Positions 1-10,440 of a stretch of 64,000 nt of DNA are shown here, one piece after another; position 1 is the stretch's first letter; the number at the start of each line of letters is the position of its first letter. The position numbers were made by a program, and so were the translations under genes. This DNA comes from a virus (taxonomy: Duplodnaviria > Caudoviricetes), in the IMG/VR virus record IMGVR_UViG_3300033073_000489, positions 1 to 64,000 of that record. One strand, written 5' to 3'. The notes beneath the pieces were generated by a model. That model had not been told where the DNA came from. It searched no databases and saw only the letters and a program-made list of their open reading frames with translations.

Positions 1-3000
1 ACCGTGGTCCAGGCCTAGACGTTTATCAATGTAGCCGCGTGTTGCTGACTGCACCGGAACAGCATCAGGTGCGTTGTTAGTAAATGTAGCATCTGTTGAG
101 AATTCAGAAACAACTACACCACGCTTAAATCCTAAACCGTCTAAGTTACTCAACGCAATAGAAGCACTGAATGTAACAGTTCCTGTTCCTTGGTCAACTG
201 TAAAGAATCGACCTACACGGAAGATACCGTTCTGGTCAGTTGTTACATAGAATACACGACCTACACCTTCTTCGTAAGTTTCGTTTTCAGGCTTACGTGA
301 TTGTGCAGGGTTACCATAAATTTGATATGGATAGTTTGTAGTTGAATAGCCACCAGTTCCGACGTCTAAGAAGTCGTGTCCTGTTGCACGGCAAGTAGAA
401 ATACGTGTTGTAACTTGTCCCTTTGTGCCGGCAGCATAACCTAATCTAATTGTAGTAGCGTCAGATGTGCTAAACGGTTTAGCAATACCACTGGCAACGT
501 TAGTTCCAATTGTGATTTCTTTAGTAATTGTTGTAGTTGTAGCAGTAGACCAAGTTCCTGGATCTTGAGGATATGTTAGTGTAATGCTTGTTGAACTACT
601 GTTTGTGCATAGATAGAATCCGTTATAAATCGGATTAGTATTACCTTGAACATGGTAGTATTTGCCAATAGTCGGTGCAGTGGTAGAACTGAATCCTAAT
701 ACAACTGAATAAGTAGTTCCTGTTCCCGCTGTCTTACTAGTAAATCCTGTAATGGTAATATCATCACCGAAGTTAAAGCTATTAGCCAAGAATGTCATTG
801 CACCTGTAGCAGTTGACAAGTCCTCGGTTGCACCTCCTTTGCTTGTGCTAACTGTAATTTGTTTAGCACCGGTGTCGATAGTCTTAATGTAGTAAGTAGT
901 TCCGGAAACTAATCCGCCAAATGCTGTTCCGCTGAATACAATAGTATTGCCAACAAACAAGTTGTCAACGGTGCTCAGTGTAATCTTATCAGTTAAGTCA
1001 TCAGTTGCACTAATTGTTCCACTTGTGTTTGGATCAGTTTTGTAGGCAAGAGTCATCTGAGAAGTATTGACACCTGCACTTGTTGCAATTTCTGTGCTTG
1101 ACGCTGCTGTTAACACTGGAACTAGAATTGCGTTGTTGTCTCCTGCTATCTCAATAGTCAAGTCTGGTAAACTTGTATAGTTATAACCTGGGTTAACAAC
1201 TGTTACAGTATCAATTGCACCTGCTACTACTGTGCAAGTTACGATAGCATCAATAGTAGCACCACCGCCAGTAATAGTAATAACTGGAGGTGTTAAGTAT
1301 CCGCTACCACCGTTAACAACTGTAACACTGCCTAACGTAGCAACTTTTGTTGCAGTAATTGCAGTTACGCCTGTAATAGTAATAGTGCCAGTTGTAGTTT
1401 CATAAGTCTTGTTAACAGACCATGTGCTTCCAGAACCGCTTCCTGATAAATTAGCAGTAATGTATGTTCCAGACAATATACCAGTCCCTGACAATGTCAT
1501 TCCTGGTTTAATTTCACCTGCACTTAATGTTCCAACTGTTAGTGTTGAACCAGTAATGCTACTACCAGTCATAGTAGCAGAGAAACTTGGCAAGTAGATA
1601 GCCGGGCTTACTTCAAATTGTGTTAAGCTAACAATCTTAGTTAAGTTAACGTTACCAGTAATAGTTCCGCCTGTAACAACCATACCAACGTCAAGTGCCG
1701 CTGTGCTAGAAACAGTAACTAGTGTTTTAGAAACTGTGCTAGTAACTTGATGCGGACCGTTGTATAATGTATTAGTATTACCCGAAACATTTACAAAGCT
1801 ATCTACGGTTTGCGGAGTTAATTGCCACGGAGTATCAAATGTAATATATCGTGTTTCTAATCCTTCACCTGAGATAGAATTAAATGTCATCGCAGGTGTA
1901 ATAGTTCCAACACCGCCAATGTTATAAATTGGAGTTTCTTCAATTGTAATAAACGGTGGACGTAAACTTACAAAGTTTAAGTTTCCAGACGGGGTGCTGT
2001 CAGGTCCTGCACTTGTAGTAACTTGAGTTGAAGAGTCAATACTTACAACAGTTTGACCACTGATCCATCCGTTACCACTAATTTCCATACCAATATGAAT
2101 TCCGTCAGTGTTGGCAACTTTTAACGTAGTTCCCGAACTTCCTGTAGGATTATATGCAGTGATAACTGTATCAGGTGTTGGTGTGTATGAATTGACCTGA
2201 TGGACACGACCGTTCCAACCAGTAATAAATATTCCTTTATTAATTTGGTCAATTGTTGTTTGCTTACTGATTGCTAAGATTGCTAGACGAGTATCACCTA
2301 CGTTAGCACCCATTGTTTTAGAAGGTTCAAACCAATCGATAAATTCAGCCTTGGCTGGATCAATTACTAATTTGTAGTAAGCGAACGAGGTGTCTGTAGA
2401 AAGAACGGCTTGGTTAGCTGGTAGTAATTCTCCAGTTCCCTCTGTTAGGTTATATGTAATAACACGATAGATGCTTGCTAGATCATCTGTATACTGTAGC
2501 GCAGTAGACGGGCGAGTTGGGTTAACGTTAGCAATACCTAAGTATTTGTTATTCTGTAGTGTTCGAATAGCTACTAACTGTCCGTTATAAAGAGGACTTA
2601 CTAGACCAACACTTGATGTTCCGTTGTTACCCGCAGTTGATAAGTTTAGCTTAAGAATGTTTTTACCATTAATAGTAACAGCAGTTCTTTCAACTGAACT
2701 TACTTCATATCGACTAATACTGTAGCCTGCTAAAGTATGATCAATTTCTAATTCTGAAATGTTCTGTGGACCGTAATCATATTCAGTAATGTATACCGCA
2801 AGTGATTGTTTAGCAGTAGTTGGCTCCATTTCATTTATAAAGACACCGTCCTTATAAACTCTTGCAACTTGAACCATGTTGTTAGCAAGGTTAACTTCGT
2901 CTGGTAATTCAGTAACGTCATAACCTGTAGCACGTAAACCGTAAACACCGTGTGAGTTAGAACCTGCTACAGAACGAATCTGTCCACCATTGCTTGCCCA

Positions 3001-6000
3001 ATAGTGAGTATGACAGTAGTATGAGAATGTAGAAACTTGTTCAGTAACACCGCCGTTGTTTGCAACAATAGCGTAACCTAAGTCGTTAATCATCGCAAAG
3101 TCGTTGGCAAGCATAGACTTGTTACCGCCCATTTCAATGTTAATAACTGTTCCAACACCTTCTTTTAAGTAAACAATAATATTGTCTGCAATACTTTGTT
3201 TTGCACCAACAATAGTTGCCTTAGCGGTTGTTAGGTTAGAACTAACACCTGCAAAGTTACTTGGAGTTGTATAAGGTGTTGTAGTTGTGCCGCCTGCTAA
3301 AATATCGTTTAGGATATCAACTAACGTTCCAATGTTAGTAGCAACAGTAGAATTACTTGCAGGTAGTCCAGTGTTCTGAATAAATGTGTTACCAGCAGAT
3401 TCTGTAACATTATTATTTTGAACAATGTCTTGCATCACAGCTTTCATTCTGTTGTATGCAGCGATTGTAATAGTTTCTTCGCCTGGGATATATGAAGTCG
3501 AACCTCTAAAGTATGCAAGACCTGCATCTTGAGTCATTGAGTTACCGCCATACATCAAATCATAGATGATAGCATCAACAACGTAGCCAACGTCACGCGA
3601 GCATGTTGCAACTGAATAGTTAGGAATCTGTGCAACGTTATAGTTGGCAGCAATCCAAGATACAATTTCCTTGCGGATGTATGATCTGTTTGCCATTAAG
3701 ATATCTCTAGCCTTAATGTATGGATCAGTAGTCCATGACATAGCCGGATAGTCAAATAATACTTCGTAGTTGCCGTTCAAGTAATCAGTGATGTTAGTCT
3801 CAACAGTAGACTTAGCAGTCTGAAGTGTAGTGTTATAACCGCTCAGTGTTCCACTTACCCAACTAATGTCTGGTGTGATTTCAGCATTTAATGTGCCGTT
3901 GTTTGTAATGCAATCAATGATATCCTGAACACGTGCCTGTGCAAATGTTGCGGCAGGGCTTGTGCCAGCAGTTCCACTAACATCTTGAGTTGAGCTAGTT
4001 GACTTAGACCATGAGGTGCTAGCTGTTACAATATTGTCAATGATATCTTTTAGGTGAGTGTATGTAGCAAGTGTGCCAAGGCGTTCTGTAGAACCATACT
4101 GTGCTACAGCTCCAACAAAGTATGAACGTGCCGCAACTGTAGTTTCTAAATTACCACCGTATGTTAAATCGTAACGGATTGCATCTACAATATAACCAAC
4201 ATCGCGCTCGCACTTAGCAGCATCGTATGCATATGCTAGTGTGAATGGAGCAGCTTCTGCAGTCTTTTGTGCTTCAATCCATGCAGTCATTTCGCTAATA
4301 ATAAATGCTCTGTTAGCGTTAACTAGTCTAGCAGCGTTGAAGTAGCCAGCAGTAAATGCATTTCCTGTGCCACCGGTTGGAGTAGTTAAAGTAAATGCAG
4401 GAACACTACCTAGACCATTACTAATAATGTCAATGGCAGTTGTCATTAGTGCGTTTGTAGTTGCAGCAGCACCTGGAACTAGAGCAGCAAGTGCTACTTT
4501 TAAGTAGCCCATTGCGCCTAATGTTGCTTGTCGCTGTGCGCCGATTGCTACAGAAGCATTAGCTCTGTAATAGGCCATTGCAGCCTTAACAGTTCTAAAG
4601 TTACTGTCAAACATTAAATCATAGCATACAGCATCTATGATATAGCCGACGTCTCTGCGGCAAGTTGCTTGATCATACTCAAGTGTTGGAACAGAACTAT
4701 AACCATTAGCAAGGATGTCTGCAATGATTGTCATTCTATTTTCAATAATAGTCTGCGCCGCAACGTTTCCTGGAATAGTTGCTAGAACTTCATTTTTAGC
4801 TTCGATAACTGCTTGAACAGTCTTATCTAGTTGCACGTTACCGCGAACTAAGCTAGAGTAAGAACGTAAGTATGATCTACCAGCGTTGACTGCTTGAAAG
4901 TTAGATCCGGTTACTAAATCATATCCAACTGATTCAATAATTAAACCAACGTCTCTATTACATTTAGATTCATTGAATACAAACCCGCCATTCCATGGAG
5001 TAGCAGTATCCATCGTCATTACTACTGTGCGAGTATTTGCATCGTAGCTTACAATGTCGTTAATTTGATAACGTGTTCCTGATACATAGAATGCACATGG
5101 AGGTTGTGGAGCACGAACATCTAAACCTGAGTTTTCACTACCAGTTACAGTTAATGTTTTACCATTGTCTGCAACAGCAGTAATAGTTCCACGTAGTCGT
5201 CCTGCAAAACCGTCAATATATTGTCCACCGGCAAAACGCTTGCGGTTAATTGATTGAGAGAACGATGAACAAACTTGTCCGTATGGTGACTTAGTTAAGA
5301 TTTGACCTTCGGGGTCAAGAACCATAACGAATCCGCCGTGACCTTGGAAGGACATGTTGTTAACACGAACTGCGTCGTTACACAAGAATACGTCCATCTC
5401 CTTGTTGTTCTTTGGAGTAGAATTAATGTCTAACGGATCTGTTAAGTAGTGACGTCCGTAGTTAATTGTGCTGTATAGATTCCAATCTCCAGATGCCTTT
5501 AATCCAGCAACATCAAATGGATAAATGACGCTACAATTCATAAAGTTACCGGACACGCTGTCAACAATCGCTTTTCCTGGTTTAGGTCCGCTTCCAGGAA
5601 TTACTAATACCTTACCAATCCAACTTGCCGGAACTTGACCAACTCCAAGGGTTGCAACCATCGTGCCAGACGTTGCACTGATGTCGACTGTTGTATCAGT
5701 GGCATAATCAGTATCGTAGTCAATAGGACCAAGTTCCATAGCGTCAATAATAGCATCGCGATAGAATAATACCTTACGCCATGGTGATTGACTAATACGA
5801 TCCTTAGGACGAACAATCGTTCTACGGAATTCATCACCCTTAACAGATACGTTTGCTGCTAATTTAATTGGATAATCTTCGTAATAGATACCTGCTTCAA
5901 CAAAGATAACAATTTGTAAATCTTTAACGCTTTCACCAAACTCTAACATTTCGCCTACTTGATAGTATGCTGGTTTAGTCATACGTGCAGTAATAGTATC

Positions 6001-9000
6001 AACTGCACTATCACCTGGGGTTAGTGTGCCAGGCGCATATGTAACAATATTAGAATAGGCAGAGCTTGAAACACCTACTAATACTTTAGCAGGTAAAATG
6101 TCGTTGTTACTTGGGTTACCTTGATCTACAAATCCAGAGCCGCCGTTTGTAAACTTAATAGTCCAAATACCAGTTCCAAACATTGGAGTAGGAGCAGCAC
6201 CAAATCCGTTTGTGATAATACTAATCATGGTATTCATGTTATTAGTAAAATCTGTAATTGCTTCAGAGCTAGGTGCACCTCTATCGCCGACCATGCCAAA
6301 TTCTGCACTTGGTAGTATACCTGAAATAGTTAATGTTTGTTGATATAGACCTTGATAACGTGTTGCAGTAGTTTGGTTTAATACTTGCGTTGCAAGTGTT
6401 TTTGCATACTGAATGCCATCTAATGTTTCGCTGTATTGTGTTCCAATAGCAATCGACTTGGCCGAAGTATTTCTATAGTAGCTCTTACCTGCTCCAATAC
6501 TTTGATATGTGCCACCTGTTACTAAGTCAATGGCCATTGCTTCTATGATGTAACCAACGTCTCGGAAACAAATTGCTTCGTCATAGTTAAATCCGCCAGC
6601 GTAAGTTACGTCTAGATAGTTAATAGTATCATTTCTAACAATATCTTTTTGGTCTTGGATAGTTGCTCTAATAGCAAGTTTAGTAGCAGAGTAGTCGCCG
6701 GTGGTTAAGTCTGGTAAAATTACTTCCGGAGAAACGGCATCACTGCCGATGCTATCTTTAACGATTGTAAATTTTTCGTTAATTGTTACAATAGCCTCGT
6801 CGCCACCCGTTAATGACAAGTTAAGATATTGCTCAACTGCAAATGGAACATCTTGGTATGAACTTAAGATTTCAACGTTCTGAATAATTTGTGTGATTAA
6901 ACTTTGTGCAAAGTTAATTGCTTCAACAGTTTGTGTAATTTGACCGGCAACTTGTGAAGTGCCGTTAATATAATATAGTTCGGCTGCATAAGCAGTTGCA
7001 CTTGTTCCGCCGTAGGTAATATCATACGCTACTGCTTCCATAATATATTTTAAGTCACGTTGACATGTAGCTTCGTTATAAGTAAAGCCAATGTAGTTCG
7101 TATTAATCCAACCAATAACTTCTGCTTGTATAAATTCAATGTTAGCTAACATTAAATCGCGAGCATTTGTAACACCTGTGCTTAAACTTTCAGGGCTGTT
7201 ATAAACAATCTCTGGTCTTTCACTTAGACCAACTTCTAACATGTCAATAATAATTTGAAAACTATTATTAATCTTAGTTAATGATGCACTATCTGTAATG
7301 ACAGGATAGTTTGTATTCATGTATGTAATAGCATCATTTCTCAATGCAGTTCTGTTTGCATTAGCTGTTCCAAGAATTGCAGTTCTTGCAGCACGTAAGA
7401 AACTTGATGTTCCACTACCCGAAGATACATCGATGTCAACGATTGTCGGTGGTGTATTAACAGTAACTAAATCTTTGATAATTGTTAACAACTCAGTAAC
7501 TCTAGTTCTAGTAGCAACTGCATCGGAACCAGACCCGGTTACTCTAGAATAAGTTTGGTTACGATATTGTTTAGCAGTAGTCTGATAAACGATAGTTGGT
7601 GATTCGTTTACTAAGATAGACTGAACTATAGTATTAATGTAGTCTATTGAAGCGAGCGTTGGAGCTAGCTCAGGAGTTGCGATTTGTCTAGTTAAATTGA
7701 TCCAATATCTTTGTCCTGCATACACGCTCGCAACGTTAACGCCAGTTGTGCCATTGCCATATAGCATGTCGTAAACAACTGACCAAACCATATACTTAAC
7801 GTCACGCTTGCAAGTATCGCTGCTATATTGTAGGCCTGGATAATTATTTTGTAAGAATGCGATAATTTCTGCTTGGATAAAACCAACGTTGTTTAATAAT
7901 AATTCTCTAGCATCGGATCTAGCACCCTTGGTTGTTCCTGTTAAGCTAGGGAACGTTGGAGTTTTAACAACCGCACCTTGAACGATTGAAATAATTAAAT
8001 CAATGTTATCGCTAATAGAGTTTACCGCAGCAGGAACTGCGACCACCGCAGCTAACTCAAGGATAGATTCTTTAGTGTTGTTTAAGACTCCGACCAACTG
8101 TTCAACTTCAATGCCTGTTGATGCATACGGGAAACGTAGTCCAACAAATGTTGATCTAAAGTTTGATAGCAATACTAAGTCGTAACATAGAGCATCAATG
8201 ACTTCACCAATATAAGAACTTAAATTAGGATTGCTGTAAGCAAAATTTAACAACTGATCTCTTACAAACTTGATAGCATCGACTGTTTGAATTAACTGAT
8301 CAGATAAAACCGCAGCACTGGACGCAGTATAGTAACGAGTTCCTGAAAGAACTGAGTTAAATGTTGTGTCTAGAACTAAGTCATAGCATACAGCATCAAT
8401 CATTAATCCTACATCACGAGAACATTTTGTCTTGTCGTAGGTGAAGACGTTAACATATTTGTTGTTAATATATGCAATAACCTCGTGCTGAATAAATTCT
8501 TTGTTAGCACGTAGTAGGTCAAATGCGTTAACATAACCGTTATCTGCACTATTACCACCAGATAGTGTTACGCTAGTAATTTCACTAAATGTTTGGTCAG
8601 GACCTTGTGTATAAGCTAGGCGCTGACGGTATGGTCCTGGTTCAGTTTGCGCAATGCTAATTAAACCTTCGGCTGCTAGTGCTGCTGCACCAATGGTCTT
8701 ATAAGCATAGTTCCAGAAACGACCTTCTTTACCCCTTGGGCTAAGTGCTTGTGTGTCGTCTCCCTTTGTAGTAACATACAAGTTAATTGCACTTGAATAT
8801 GTTGAGTTATCAACGTAGTATTTTGAAGCCGCTTGTAAATCGTCTGCGCCGTTTGGAGTTCCTATTCCGGCAATAGCACCAGGGTGATCGTGTAGGTATA
8901 ACGGCCCGGTCATTGTGTCGCCACTACGAACAACAACACTCTTACGTGGAAGAGCTTCAGTTGAAACATAATTACTACTCAATGTTGGGTCGTAATCTAC

Positions 9001-9588
9001 ATCAGAAATTTGCGGAGTTAATGGCTCGCTACGAACACGTAGGGCATCACCGACTTGCCCTCCAGATGATTTAACATAGTGAGTATCAGCATATCCTTTG
9101 CTGATTGCAAGTTCGTCAATAGTTGTTGTTGCACCGCGCGGACCGTGAACAGCATTGAATGCAGCTACTAAATCCGCACTCGGATCTGGCACTTTACCGA
9201 TTGGGAAAAAGTTAGCATTTAATGGACCACCTAGTCTCGGTGCAGGGTCGCTAGCAGTAGTTGAAAGACTATTGGTAATTGTAACTTTATCTGGATCAGT
9301 TGCATCAATTGCAATACCTTCGCCTGCATACAATGTTTTTGCAGCTAGTCCGCTACCGTCTGGTTTAGATATAATTACACGATTTGATCCGTAATCTGCA
9401 ACAGGATTGCCATCTACATATCTTAATTCTTGTGCATCTGATAGATTTGTGAGCGCAATGGCTCCACCAAGGCCGAATACAGCGTAAATTTCATTAAAGT
9501 TTTCATTAACTTTACGGAACGATTCGCGAATACTATCGCCTGTTCCGTCATTACCTTGTATACCAATGTCTATTTCTTGACGTGCCAT
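1..9588 (-). CDS. Giant virion structural protein (baseplate wedge/tail-fibre-like), 3'-truncated by the window edge, >=3196 aa
   Basis: ATG at 9588 reads MARQEIDIGIQGNDGTGDSIRESFRKVNENFNEIY, the NDGTGD..R..F.K.N.NF.E.Y motif of T4 gp9/gp10-type N-termini. The same frame is open at spot checks near base 1 (..VPVQSATRGYIDKRLGLDHG). Absence from the ORF track fits an ORF with no stop in the window. GATAAATA late-type element at 9620-9627. Confidence 0.85.
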   Translation of the reverse strand, partial: MARQEIDIGIQGNDGTGDSIRESFRKVNENFNEIYAVFGLGGAIALTNLSDAQELRYVDGNPVADYGSNRVIISKPDGSGLAAKTLYAGEGIAIDATDPDKVTITNSLSTTASDPAPRLGGPLNANFFPIGKVPDPSADLVAAFNAVHGPRGATTTIDELAISKGYADTHYVKSSGGQVGDALRVRSEPLTPQISDVDYDPTLSSNYVSTEALPRKSVVVRSGDTMTGPLYLHDHPGAIAGIGTPNGADDLQAASKYYVDNSTYSSAINLYVTTKGDDTQALSPRGKEGRFWNYAYKTIGAAALAAEGLISIAQTEPGPYRQRLAYTQGPDQTFSEITSVTLSGGNSADNGYVNAFDLLRANKEFIQHEVIAYINNKYVNVFTYDKTKCSRDVGLMIDAVCYDLVLDTTFNSVLSGTRYYTASSAAVLSDQLIQTVDAIKFVRDQLLNFAYSNPNLSSYIGEVIDALCYDLVLLSNFRSTFVGLRFPYASTGIEVEQLVGVLNNTKESILELAAVVAVPAAVNSISDNIDLIISIVQGAVVKTPTFPSLTGTTKGARSDARELLLNNVGFIQAEIIAFLQNNYPGLQYSSDTCKRDVKYMVWSVVYDMLYGNGTTGVNVASVYAGQRYWINLTRQIATPELAPTLASIDYINTIVQSILVNESPTIVYQTTAKQYRNQTYSRVTGSGSDAVATRTRVTELLTIIKDLVTVNTPPTIVDIDVSSGSGTSSFLRAARTAILGTANANRTALRNDAITYMNTNYPVITDSASLTKINNSFQIIIDMLEVGLSERPEIVYNSPESLSTGVTNARDLMLANIEFIQAEVIGWINTNYIGFTYNEATCQRDLKYIMEAVAYDITYGGTSATAYAAELYYINGTSQVAGQITQTVEAINFAQSLITQIIQNVEILSSYQDVPFAVEQYLNLSLTGGDEAIVTINEKFTIVKDSIGSDAVSPEVILPDLTTGDYSATKLAIRATIQDQKDIVRNDTINYLDVTYAGGFNYDEAICFRDVGYIIEAMAIDLVTGGTYQSIGAGKSYYRNTSAKSIAIGTQYSETLDGIQYAKTLATQVLNQTTATRYQGLYQQTLTISGILPSAEFGMVGDRGAPSSEAITDFTNNMNTMISIITNGFGAAPTPMFGTGIWTIKFTNGGSGFVDQGNPSNNDILPAKVLVGVSSSAYSNIVTYAPGTLTPGDSAVDTITARMTKPAYYQVGEMLEFGESVKDLQIVIFVEAGIYYEDYPIKLAANVSVKGDEFRRTIVRPKDRISQSPWRKVLFYRDAIIDAMELGPIDYDTDYATDTTVDISATSGTMVATLGVGQVPASWIGKVLVIPGSGPKPGKAIVDSVSGNFMNCSVIYPFDVAGLKASGDWNLYSTINYGRHYLTDPLDINSTPKNNKEMDVFLCNDAVRVNNMSFQGHGGFVMVLDPEGQILTKSPYGQVCSSFSQSINRKRFAGGQYIDGFAGRLRGTITAVADNGKTLTVTGSENSGLDVRAPQPPCAFYVSGTRYQINDIVSYDANTRTVVMTMDTATPWNGGFVFNESKCNRDVGLIIESVGYDLVTGSNFQAVNAGRSYLRSYSSLVRGNVQLDKTVQAVIEAKNEVLATIPGNVAAQTIIENRMTIIADILANGYSSVPTLEYDQATCRRDVGYIIDAVCYDLMFDSNFRTVKAAMAYYRANASVAIGAQRQATLGAMGYLKVALAALVPGAAATTNALMTTAIDIISNGLGSVPAFTLTTPTGGTGNAFTAGYFNAARLVNANRAFIISEMTAWIEAQKTAEAAPFTLAYAYDAAKCERDVGYIVDAIRYDLTYGGNLETTVAARSYFVGAVAQYGSTERLGTLATYTHLKDIIDNIVTASTSWSKSTSSTQDVSGTAGTSPAATFAQARVQDIIDCITNNGTLNAEITPDISWVSGTLSGYNTTLQTAKSTVETNITDYLNGNYEVLFDYPAMSWTTDPYIKARDILMANRSYIRKEIVSWIAANYNVAQIPNYSVATCSRDVGYVVDAIIYDLMYGGNSMTQDAGLAYFRGSTSYIPGEETITIAAYNRMKAVMQDIVQNNNVTESAGNTFIQNTGLPASNSTVATNIGTLVDILNDILAGGTTTTPYTTPSNFAGVSSNLTTAKATIVGAKQSIADNIIVYLKEGVGTVINIEMGGNKSMLANDFAMINDLGYAIVANNGGVTEQVSTFSYYCHTHYWASNGGQIRSVAGSNSHGVYGLRATGYDVTELPDEVNLANNMVQVARVYKDGVFINEMEPTTAKQSLAVYITEYDYGPQNISELEIDHTLAGYSISRYEVSSVERTAVTINGKNILKLNLSTAGNNGTSSVGLVSPLYNGQLVAIRTLQNNKYLGIANVNPTRPSTALQYTDDLASIYRVITYNLTEGTGELLPANQAVLSTDTSFAYYKLVIDPAKAEFIDWFEPSKTMGANVGDTRLAILAISKQTTIDQINKGIFITGWNGRVHQVNSYTPTPDTVITAYNPTGSSGTTLKVANTDGIHIGMEISGNGWISGQTVVSIDSSTQVTTSAGPDSTPSGNLNFVSLRPPFITIEETPIYNIGGVGTITPAMTFNSISGEGLETRYITFDTPWQLTPQTVDSFVNVSGNTNTLYNGPHQVTSTVSKTLVTVSSTAALDVGMVVTGGTITGNVNLTKIVSLTQFEVSPAIYLPSFSATMTGSSITGSTLTVGTLSAGEIKPGMTLSGTGILSGTYITANLSGSGSGSTWSVNKTYETTTGTITITGVTAITATKVATLGSVTVVNGGSGYLTPPVITITGGGATIDAIVTCTVVAGAIDTVTVVNPGYNYTSLPDLTIEIAGDNNAILVPVLTAASSTEIATSAGVNTSQMTLAYKTDPNTSGTISATDDLTDKITLSTVDNLFVGNTIVFSGTAFGGLVSGTTYYIKTIDTGAKQITVSTSKGGATEDLSTATGAMTFLANSFNFGDDITITGFTSKTAGTGTTYSVVLGFSSTTAPTIGKYYHVQGNTNPIYNGFYLCTNSSSTSITLTYPQDPGTWSTATTTTITKEITIGTNVASGIAKPFSTSDATTIRLGYAAGTKGQVTTRISTCRATGHDFLDVGTGGYSTTNYPYQIYGNPAQSRKPENETYEEGVGRVFYVTTDQNGIFRVGRFFTVDQGTGTVTFSASIALSNLDGLGFKRGVVVSEFSTDATFTNNAPDAVPVQSATRGYIDKRLGLDHG

Positions 9589-9661
9589 GTTTATTAACTC
9601 CGATTATAACGTTATATGGTATTTATCAATATGGTTTTGTAACCTTAATGTAAATACTTTT

Positions 9662-9949
9662 ATGTTCTTAACGTTAGAATATCAACAGACTGAATTTACT
9701 AGAACTAGTAAATTGGGACAACAACACACCTATACTCGTCAAAAGACAGTGGTAGTATTCAGGTGCGATAGTTGTTCTGAAGTGTTTCGAAGAAACAAAG
9801 GGGACATGGATCCAAAAAGACTAAGCAATAACTATTTTCACGTATGCGGTAATTGTGATAGTAAGAGATTTGCTCAACGTAAAGGTGTTGAACGTAAACA
9901 TATTTGGGATTTGCCTGCTTCTAGCCTAAAAGATATAAGTCAGTTATAA
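9662..9949 (+). CDS. Hypothetical protein with CxxC..CxxC putative Zn site
   Basis: ORF track 9587..9949; the likelier ATG at 9662 follows TAAATA; motifs CDSC and CGNC. Confidence 0.7.
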   Translation: MFLTLEYQQTEFTRTSKLGQQHTYTRQKTVVVFRCDSCSEVFRRNKGDMDPKRLSNNYFHVCGNCDSKRFAQRKGVERKHIWDLPASSLKDISQL

Positions 9950-9974
9950 ATAAAAATCCAAGGAGGACATTATA

Positions 9975-10211
9975 ATGTTCAAAGCAATTAAAGAATTTTT
10001 GTTTGGCAAACCAGCTGAAGCTCAAGCGCCATACAAAGTAGAAGCACCGACTATTGTTGCGACAGGCGAGCCACCGGCTACCGTTGTTGCTATAGTAGAA
10101 GGTGCAGGCGTAGTTGAAGCTACGGCACCTGCTAAAAAGGCACCTAAAAAGACTGCGGCTAAAAAAGCACCCGCTGCTAAAAAGCCTCGTAAGCCTAAGG
10201 CACCGAAGTAA
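9975..10211 (+). CDS. Small protein with Lys/Ala/Pro-rich histone-H1-like C-terminus
   Basis: AKKAPKKTAAKKAPAAKKPRKPKAPK tail; AGGAGG RBS and TATAAATA upstream. Confidence 0.75.
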   Translation: MFKAIKEFLFGKPAEAQAPYKVEAPTIVATGEPPATVVAIVEGAGVVEATAPAKKAPKKTAAKKAPAAKKPRKPKAPK

Positions 10212-10224
10212 TGTGTGTAAAGAT

Positions 10225-10250
10225 AAAGGGCCATTATTGGCCCTTTTCTT
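10225..10250. terminator. Bidirectional rho-independent terminator
   Basis: AAAGGGCCA-TTAT-TGGCCCTTT hairpin between convergent genes. Confidence 0.75.
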
Positions 10251-10440
10251 ATGAAAGTTTGTTTAACTTATTTTCGTTAAGCACAATGTCGTCTTTGAGT
10301 TTGAGCTTAATCTTTTTAAGAGTTTCGACTTTTAGATGATCTGTGTGATGCGCTTCTAACTCGAGTATTTCTTTGTCAATTGCATCGTGCTTTTCCTTAA
10401 GATGCTCAACGTGATGTATTAACTTTTCTCTCGTTATCAT
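10249..10440 (-). CDS. DUF465/YdcH-like small coiled-coil protein
   Basis: MITREKLIHHVEHLKEKHDAIDKEI...LKKIKLKLKDDI; ATGA overlap with the uvsE stop. Confidence 0.7.
   Translation of the reverse strand: MITREKLIHHVEHLKEKHDAIDKEILELEAHHTDHLKVETLKKIKLKLKDDIVLNENKLNKLS

Noticed and set aside
1409-9394. Short track ORFs inside 1-9.4 kb
   Set aside because: They are antisense or off-frame shadows of the giant minus-strand gene.
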